A stretch of 30,598 nucleotides of DNA, from the IMG/VR virus record IMGVR_UViG_638341084_000008. One strand, 5' to 3'. Below, piece by piece: positions 29,475-30,598 of this stretch. Positions within the stretch are counted from its first letter, which is position 1. Each line of letters begins with the position of its first letter. The translations under genes and the position numbers were made by a program. The notes below the pieces were generated by a model, which ran no database searches, was not told where the DNA came from, and saw only the letters and a program-made list of their open reading frames with translations. The DNA comes from a virus. Lineage: Duplodnaviria > Heunggongvirae > Uroviricota > Caudoviricetes.

Positions 29475-29978
29475 TTATTGATAGTGTTTTATGTTCAGAT
29501 AATGCCCGATGACTTTGTCATGCAGCTCCACCGATTTTGAGAACGACAGCGACTTCCGTCCCAGCCGTGCCAGGTGCTGCCTCAGATTCAGGTTATGCCG
29601 CTCAATTCGCTGCGTATATCGCTTGCTGATTACGTGCAGCTTTCCCTTCAGGCGGGATTCATACAGCGGCCAGCCATCCGTCATCCATATCACCACGTCA
29701 AAGGGTGACAGCAGGCTCATAAGACGCCCCAGCGTCGCCATAGTGCGTTCACCGAATACGTGCGCAACAACCGTCTTCCGGAGCCTGTCATACGCGTAAA
29801 ACAGCCAGCGCTGGCGCGATTTAGCCCCGACGTATCCCCACTGTTCGTCCATTTCCGCGCAGACGATGACGTCACTGCCCGGCTGTATGCGCGAGGTTAC
29901 CGACTGCGGCCTGAGTTTTTTAAATGGCGGAAAATCGTGTTGAGGCCAACGCCCATAATGCGGGCGGTTGCCCGGCAT
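29475..29978 (-). CDS. insB: IS1 transposase InsB
   Basis: The 167-aa translation ([16 protein letters not shown]...[13 protein letters not shown]) matches IS1 InsB as I recall it. Confidence 0.9.
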   Translation of the reverse strand: MPGNRPHYGRWPQHDFPPFKKLRPQSVTSRIQPGSDVIVCAEMDEQWGYVGAKSRQRWLFYAYDRLRKTVVAHVFGERTMATLGRLMSLLSPFDVVIWMTDGWPLYESRLKGKLHVISKRYTQRIERHNLNLRQHLARLGRKSLSFSKSVELHDKVIGHYLNIKHYQ

Positions 29979-30172
29979 CCAACGCCATTCATGGCCATAT
30001 CAATGATTTTCTGGTGCGTACCGGGTTGAGAAGCGGTGTAAGTGAACTGCAGTTGCCATGTTTTACGGCAGTGAGAGCAGAGATAGCGCTGATGTCCGGC
30101 GGTGCTTTTGCCGTTACGCACCACCCCGTCAGTAGCTGAACAGGAGGGACAGCTGATAGAAACAGAAGCCAC
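29897..30172 (-). CDS. insA: IS1 InsA (transposition regulator; N-terminal part of the InsAB' frameshift product)
   Basis: The 91-aa translation ([42 protein letters not shown]...) matches IS1 InsA. Confidence 0.9.
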   Translation of the reverse strand: MASVSISCPSCSATDGVVRNGKSTAGHQRYLCSHCRKTWQLQFTYTASQPGTHQKIIDMAMNGVGCRATARIMGVGLNTIFRHLKNSGRSR

Positions 30173-30559
30173 TGGAGCACCTCAAAAACACCATCATACA
30201 CTAAATCAGTAAGTTGGCAGCATCACCCCTTCTCCCATATAAAAATGAATAATTAACGTTGATGCACCACTAATAGTTGCGTTATAGGCTCCGCTACTCC
30301 AGTTCCATCCAACTGCTTTATCATTCGCAACGGTGCTTCCTGTTTTCCCTAAGGCAAACGCACCAACATGACTTGCTTTTAATGTGATATCGGAGGAACC
30401 ATCAAAACCCACATTGCTTATTTTCCTGGCAGTTTTTAATTTTGCAGCTGTAGAAGCATTGCCGGATAGTTCACCAGAAAGGCCACCGCTGAATGTTTGT
30501 CGATTAGTCCAGGTATTCGCTGTACTGAGTAACGGTATTTTCTCCCCGCTTGTGCCGAG

Positions 30560-30585
30560 TTCTCGTAAACCGAGGTTTTAGATAA
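30560..30585. other. Right crossover site of the invertible tail-fiber segment (gix/pix-like)
   Basis: TTCTCGTAAACCGAGGTTTTAGATAA. Its reverse complement matches the left site at 26426-26451 in 22 of 26 positions, including the 12-bp core ACCTCGGTTTAC. It lies 13 bp from the window end. Confidence 0.7.
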
Positions 30586-30598
30586 TGGCGGTTTCTGG

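Larger units (their letters stand above)
29460..30227 (-). mobile_element. IS1: IS1 insertion sequence, complete 768 bp, with a 9-bp target site duplication CCTTCTCCC
   Basis: The ends GGTAATGACTCCAACTTATTGAT (29460..) and ..ATCAGTAAGTTGGCAGCATCACC (..30227) are the IS1 terminal inverted repeats. It encodes InsA and InsB. CCTTCTCCC flanks it at 29451-29459 and 30228-30236. Confidence 0.95.
28574..30585 (-). pseudogene. Alternative tail-fiber C-terminal cassette (Sv'-like) in the silent orientation, disrupted by IS1 and carrying a 276-bp tandem duplication
   Basis: The minus-strand reading frame runs in frame from the right crossover site through ...VGFDGSSDITLKASHVGAFALGKTGSTVANDK...GEG, is broken by IS1, and then continues to the stop at 28574. 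It shares the ALGGNSIxLGDNDTGxKQxGDG motif with the + strand stf C-terminus. Confidence 0.7.

Overview
The window is the late region of a lambda/phage-21-like prophage from an enterobacterial host, read left to right in virion gene order on the + strand. It runs from the Q antiterminator through an accessory insert, the lysis cassette, cos, the packaging and head genes, the lambda-like tail genes Z-U-V-G/T-H-M-L-K-I-J, lom, and a side tail fiber with its assembly gene. Calls rest on reading the supplied translations against remembered lambda, phage 21 and IS1 proteins; no searches were run. The most notable structure is a Gin/Pin-type invertible tail-fiber segment (about 26426..30585) bounded by two 26-bp inverted crossover sites that match the Mu gix core. 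Its silent opposite-strand cassette is disrupted by a complete IS1 with a 9-bp target duplication and also carries a 276-bp in-frame tandem duplication. The invertase gene is not in the window and is expected just past the right end. Other points worth a second look are a small PapI/FaeA-like ORF paired with a DNA methyltransferase upstream of the holin, two unrecognised convergent genes between holin and endolysin, an antisense lipoprotein gene after Q, a fused protease-capsid ORF, and a frame break in gene I. The sequence contains seven N bases (five within the methyltransferase gene, one in U, one in K), so single-base frame calls should be treated with caution.
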